Shown here: one piece after another, positions 60,254 to 64,000 of the stretch
Layout of the letters: every line of letters begins with the position of its first letter
Numbering within the stretch: position 1 is the stretch's first letter
From: Phycisphaeraceae bacterium
Lineage (GTDB): Bacteria > Planctomycetota > Phycisphaerae > Phycisphaerales > Phycisphaeraceae
Reading direction: 5' to 3'
DNA length: 64,000 bases
Assembly (NCBI GenBank): GCA_963674705.1
Contig: OY771506.1
Coordinates: 1,760,001 to 1,824,000, forward strand
Made by a program: the position numbers and the translations under genes
The notes under the pieces: model-generated
Told to the model about the DNA's origin: nothing
What the model saw: only the letters and a program-made list of their open reading frames with translations
The model's database searches: none

Positions 60254-61114
60254 TTATTTGCCGGGCACGGGTTGGGGTGGGTTTGCTTCTGGGGTCTTCG
60301 GGGTTTTGCCGGCGACAGTCAGTGTGATGGCGGGGCAGTTGGTGCATTCCATGCAGCGGATGCAGGATGCGTTGTTGATGGATTGATCGAGTTTGACATC
60401 GTACTTGCATCGGCTGCGGCAGAGGTTGCATTCGGTGCACTTGGGGGCGTTGTAGTGCAGGTAGAGGAGGCTGAATCGGTTGAAGATCGCGAAGATGCCG
60501 CCGAGCGGGCAGAAGATTCGGCACCACGGGCGGTAGGTGAAGAAAGCTAAGAAGAGGACGACGCCGGTGACGATGAGTTTGATCGTGTTGGGGATGAACA
60601 GTTGTCCGCGATAGATTGATTGGCCAAGCGCGGCTTCGAGCGCGCCGGCGGGGCAGACGTTACAGAAGAAAAGCGGGTGTTCGTCGCCGAAGAAGAAGGG
60701 GATGAGCAGGACGAGTCCGATGAGCGTGACGAATCGGCCGTAGCCTAGCCAGCTTGGGATGGAGTATTTGGGTGTGGGGATTTTCCCGAGCAGGTCCTGG
60801 AAGAAGCCGAAGGGGCATGCCCAACCGCAGACGGCTGTGCCGAAGATCCCGCCGACGGTGATCAGCACGCCGAGGATCATCAGCGGCCACATGTGCATCG
60901 CGGCGAACTGCGACATGAGCCCAATCGGGCAAGCGACTGTTGCGAGCGGGCATGCGTAGCAGTGGAAGACGCAGCCGGGCACGGAATGCCAACGCAGTAG
61001 AAGTGGGTCGAGCCAGACAGCGAGAAAAGCGGTCTGCACCCAGGGGCGTAGTTTGCCGAGGTTCAGTCGGCGACGGGGGATGTTTGGTTTGGATGATTCG
61101 GCCATGGCACGCAT
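60254..61114 (-). CDS. Membrane 4Fe-4S binding protein (NapH/MauN/CcoG-like)
   Basis: CYACP, CGWACPFG, FCNVCPAG, WCRIFCPLG, CTECNLCRSRC, CIRCMECTNCP; TM helices. Confidence 0.9.
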   Translation of the reverse strand: MRAMAESSKPNIPRRRLNLGKLRPWVQTAFLAVWLDPLLLRWHSVPGCVFHCYACPLATVACPIGLMSQFAAMHMWPLMILGVLITVGGIFGTAVCGWACPFGFFQDLLGKIPTPKYSIPSWLGYGRFVTLIGLVLLIPFFFGDEHPLFFCNVCPAGALEAALGQSIYRGQLFIPNTIKLIVTGVVLFLAFFTYRPWCRIFCPLGGIFAIFNRFSLLYLHYNAPKCTECNLCRSRCKYDVKLDQSINNASCIRCMECTNCPAITLTVAGKTPKTPEANPPQPVPGK

Positions 61115-61136
61115 GACCCGGCGGGGGTCACTTCAC

Positions 61137-61511
61137 TCACGTCGGGCAAAAATCGTTCGGGGTCGTTTCGCCAGACTTCTTCGCGTCTTGCGGGCCCTGA
61201 TCCGTAAGCGCGTCGGCCTGATCACCCAGGAATTGTTGGATCGCCAGATCGAGTTCTGATTTTGGTGGTGGCGGCGGCGGTGGTTTGCGTGGTCCGCCGA
61301 CGGTGACGGCTTGAATGAGCTGCCCTTCCGAGAGGACGACCTTGCCGTCGTTGAAGATATCGTGCTTGCGGGTGGTGGCGAAGCCCGCCAGCGCGATGCC
61401 GATGATGACAAGCATTGCGGCGACCCACCACGAGCGTGTGCCCGAGGGATGGCCCCACTTGTCGATGGGCGGCTGTGGCTTGATCCGCATTTTTTTCTTT
61501 TTGCGTGCCAC
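61137..61511 (-). CDS. Small single-TM protein ending CPT-TGA (possible CxxU; readthrough would end at 61128)
   Basis: GTG start after GAAAGG; basic N-terminus, TM helix, Pro-rich linker; lies between tRNA-Sec and the 4Fe-4S gene. Confidence 0.75.
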   Translation of the reverse strand: MARKKKKMRIKPQPPIDKWGHPSGTRSWWVAAMLVIIGIALAGFATTRKHDIFNDGKVVLSEGQLIQAVTVGGPRKPPPPPPPKSELDLAIQQFLGDQADALTDQGPQDAKKSGETTPNDFCPT

Positions 61512-61571
61512 CGGTAAAACGCCTTTCAATGCACGGCTGCAACGTGTCAATACACGCGCGGCCTGCGGGAA

Positions 61572-61664
61572 CGGAGGTGCATGGGAATCGAACCCACCCG
61601 GGACCGTTAAAGCCCCACACTGGTTTTGAAGACCAGGAGCGTCACCAGACCGCCGATCACCTCC
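61572..61664 (-). tRNA. selC: tRNA-Sec (anticodon UCA)
   Basis: GGAGGTGA TC GGCGGTCTGGTGACGCTC CTGGT CTTCAAA ACCAG, long variable arm, GTGGG TTCGATT CCCAT GCACCTCC G; CCA not encoded. Confidence 0.96.
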
Positions 61665-62207
61665 CGCGGCTGGTGCATTTTATCAGGTATCGGCATGTGG
61701 GGATATGTTGGGGTTTTTATTTTTTGGTATTAGCCACAGATCAACACAGATTAAGCGGAAGCCTGGCGAACTTGCGTGGCATCATTTTTAGCCACGAAAA
61801 GGCACAAAATACACAGAAGGTTTTGAGAAGGGCGTTTGATATTGATGGGTGTTGAACCCATAAGGAACCCGGCCCTCACCCGGGCCATATTCCGGGGGCT
61901 CCCGCGGGGAGAGGGAGCTCATCTATATAGATACGGGATTAGATCGGTGCGATACATCGGGTTGATCTGGCGATCAGTTTGTGTGATGAAGTGCATTGAT
62001 TGAGTGTAAGCCTGTGAACTAAAGAAGTTATTTATATCTTGGGGGGGTTTGTTAGAATAGGGTGAGTCATATTGCTACGGGCGGTCGGTAAATCAGGAGA
62101 AAGCAGTGCGGGGCCGTTGGCCGGGCGGGCGGTGTTTCGTGGCATGTCTGTAAAAAGTAAACGGGAAGGGGAGCAAGGCAATCTCGCGGGCGGTAGAACA
62201 ATCCGAA

Positions 62208-63191
62208 GTGACCCAACTGGCTGGGGGCGGTATCACTGCGCCGCCAATGGTCGGCCAGGCGCCGGCGATGTGCGAGTTGCGCAAGCGTGTGGCGGCGGTG
62301 GCGGGCCGGCGGTGCACGGTATTGATCCGGGGGCAAACGGGGACGGGCAAGGAACTGGTTGCTAGGCATATCCATGCGGGCAGTTCAAAGCGGGGTGGGC
62401 CTTTCATCCCGATCGATTGTTCGACGCTGCCGCAGTCGCTGTTTGAATCGCAGATGTTCGGGCATGTGAAAGGTTCTTTCACGGGGGCGCAGCAGAGCAC
62501 GCTTGGGTTTATCCGGTCGGCGGACGGGGGGACTTTGTTTCTGGATGAGGTGGGTGAGTTACCTTTGGCGGCGCAGGCGAAGTTGTTACGTTGCATCCAG
62601 GAGCGGGCGGTCGTGCCTGTTGGTGGGGTGAAGCCGATCGGCGTGGATGTGCGGATCATCGCAGCGACGCACCGTGACTTGCGTGCGATGGTGGAGGGGG
62701 GGACTTTCAGGCAGGATTTGTATTACAGACTTGATGTGGCGCAGATCAACACGCCGACGCTGTATGAGCGACGGGAAGATATTGGGTTGCTTGTAAGGCA
62801 CTTCATTGAAGAGTTGGCCCGGTTGTATGAAGAGCCGGCGAAGTGTGCGGGGGATGGATTGATCGAGACGCTTGAGGCGCATGAGTGGCAGGGTAATATC
62901 CGGGAGTTGAGTAACGCGGTGGAGCACGCGTTTATTTTCTGCGGGACGGATGTGATTCGGTCTGAGGATCTTCCGGAGTCTGTGAGACGTGTTGAAGTGA
63001 AGGAAGCACGGCAGCGTGTTGAAGGCTTGATGACTTTAGAGCAGGCGGAGCGCGCGTTGATTGAGCATGCGCTGCGCGTAGCGGAGGGGAACCAGAGCAG
63101 GGCCGCGGAGCTGATCGATGTGGAACGGCATCGGCTGCGAAGAAAGATCGTGCGCTACGGGTTGGAAGGGATGACGCAGAACGGGAAGTGA
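62208..63191 (+). CDS. Sigma54-dependent activator (AAA+ plus Fis-type HTH) without an N-terminal sensor domain
   Basis: GQTGTGKE, ESQMFGHVKGSFTGA, LFLDEVGE, FRQDLYYRL, WQGNIREL, GNQSRAAELI. Confidence 0.93.
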   Translation: MTQLAGGGITAPPMVGQAPAMCELRKRVAAVAGRRCTVLIRGQTGTGKELVARHIHAGSSKRGGPFIPIDCSTLPQSLFESQMFGHVKGSFTGAQQSTLGFIRSADGGTLFLDEVGELPLAAQAKLLRCIQERAVVPVGGVKPIGVDVRIIAATHRDLRAMVEGGTFRQDLYYRLDVAQINTPTLYERREDIGLLVRHFIEELARLYEEPAKCAGDGLIETLEAHEWQGNIRELSNAVEHAFIFCGTDVIRSEDLPESVRRVEVKEARQRVEGLMTLEQAERALIEHALRVAEGNQSRAAELIDVERHRLRRKIVRYGLEGMTQNGK

Positions 63192-63547
63192 CCGAGTTTG
63201 TATTGTCTGAACTGATAATGTGATTCCGGGTACATGTTTAATACGGCCCTCACCCTTGCCCTCTGCCGGGGGGAGAGGGGATAGGTGGTGTTTCATATCG
63301 ATATGCAAGGTATACGAGGTTTGTTTTTTTGTGATATTGATTGGAAGGTTTTGTACCGGCTGGTGTATTTTGCATCAGGTGTAGATAAATGGTTTGCTGT
63401 GATGAGTTTGTTTCAGGATTAGGTTTGAAGTGGTTTGTTTTGTGCCGATGAGCTTGAAGTTCGGATTTGGTTGATCATTTTTTTTGTTTTGTTGCAAATC
63501 ATCTCTGTTAACGGGGTTTATAAAAACTTTGGGATGAAGTGCGTGCA

Positions 63548-63563
63548 CGGCACGGGCTTCGCT
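63548..63563 (+). promoter_or_regulatory. Sigma54 -24/-12 promoter
   Basis: cGGCACgggcttcGCt with GG at 63549-50 and GC at 63561-62 (GG-N10-GC), preceded by an AT-rich region. Confidence 0.65.
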
Positions 63564-63606
63564 ATATATCAGGTGCAAACGCATCGAAGACGAAACGGAG
63601 GGCGAC

Positions 63607-64000
63607 ATGATCTGCATACAACTCAACTCCGTGCTCCTGATCACGCCGAGAGACGAATCGAATCAGGGCCAGCCAGAACAAACGGGCGATACATCATGGA
63701 TGCGGATCGAAACACAGACCGTCGGCGATGCACTTCGGCAAGTGAGGTTTTACAAACCCAGCGTGCTGGTTTTCGACCTGACCGGGGAAGAAGTCGCAAC
63801 CGAAGACCTTCATCGCATGTTGCGCGTCATGTCCTCGGTGAGGACACGGGTTCCGAGCACATCGATCGTCGTGCTGGGCACGGGGGAGGATGAGAAGCTG
63901 GAGCAGGCGGCGCGGCGGAACGGCGCAGCGGTGTACCTGCCGATCTCATCGGAAGGCGGGCGCGGCGAAGTCAGCGAGATCATCCAATCGCTTTATGCAC
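63607..64000 (+). CDS. Atypical receiver-like protein, 3' end outside the window
   Basis: Manual translation after GGAGG: MICIQLNSVLLI...YKPSVLVFDL...SIVVLG...LEQAARRNGAAVYLP; open to the window end. Confidence 0.65.
   Translation, partial: MICIQLNSVLLITPRDESNQGQPEQTGDTSWMRIETQTVGDALRQVRFYKPSVLVFDLTGEEVATEDLHRMLRVMSSVRTRVPSTSIVVLGTGEDEKLEQAARRNGAAVYLPISSEGGRGEVSEIIQSLYA

Noticed and set aside
17830..61760. Family B repeats as a CRISPR array
   Set aside because: Copies are dispersed, degenerate and in inverted pairs, not regularly spaced direct repeats.

Overview
GC-rich bacterial chromosome segment, most consistent with a planctomycete of the Phycisphaerae type (DUF1559-like prepilin proteins, PEP-CTERM proteins, sulfatase, fragmented dcw cluster); the taxonomy is inferred, not searched. 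Left to right: a partial peptide ABC substrate-binding gene; a double-FKBP PPIase; murE-murF-mraY; an orphan phage-like module (CI/LexA-like repressor divergent from HTH, ABC-ATPase, GNAT-like, ParB-N, small-terminase-like and large terminase genes, with no integrase or virion genes); housekeeping genes; a cheW-R-A-X-Y-DUF342-cheB cluster; parB with two perfect parS palindromes; two PEP-CTERM genes; mraZ followed by a ~570-nt hairpin-dense noncoding region ending in a terminator; and a ~21-kb selenium-associated region (selA, selB, three-domain selD, tRNA-Sec, a methyltransferase/2-hydroxyacyl-CoA-dehydratase-family/activase operon, a 4Fe-4S membrane protein). Main result: the ORF track truncates or splits three exported proteins at in-frame UGA codons that are followed by SECIS-like hairpins. 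Two are related proteins sharing EYG-UGA-GGxCSxSWR and a co-varying hairpin at the same distance from the UGA; in the third the UGA directly follows a signal peptide. A fourth, weaker candidate ends CPT-UGA (CxxU). Together they point to an apparently uncharacterised set of extracytoplasmic selenoproteins. Also present: a complete IS inserted in the loop of a REP-like hairpin, an 80-bp palindromic repeat inserted in frame in a gene, several intergenic repeat families, and a visible C-to-G skew switch near 45-47 kb. All product calls come from reading motifs; no database searches were run.
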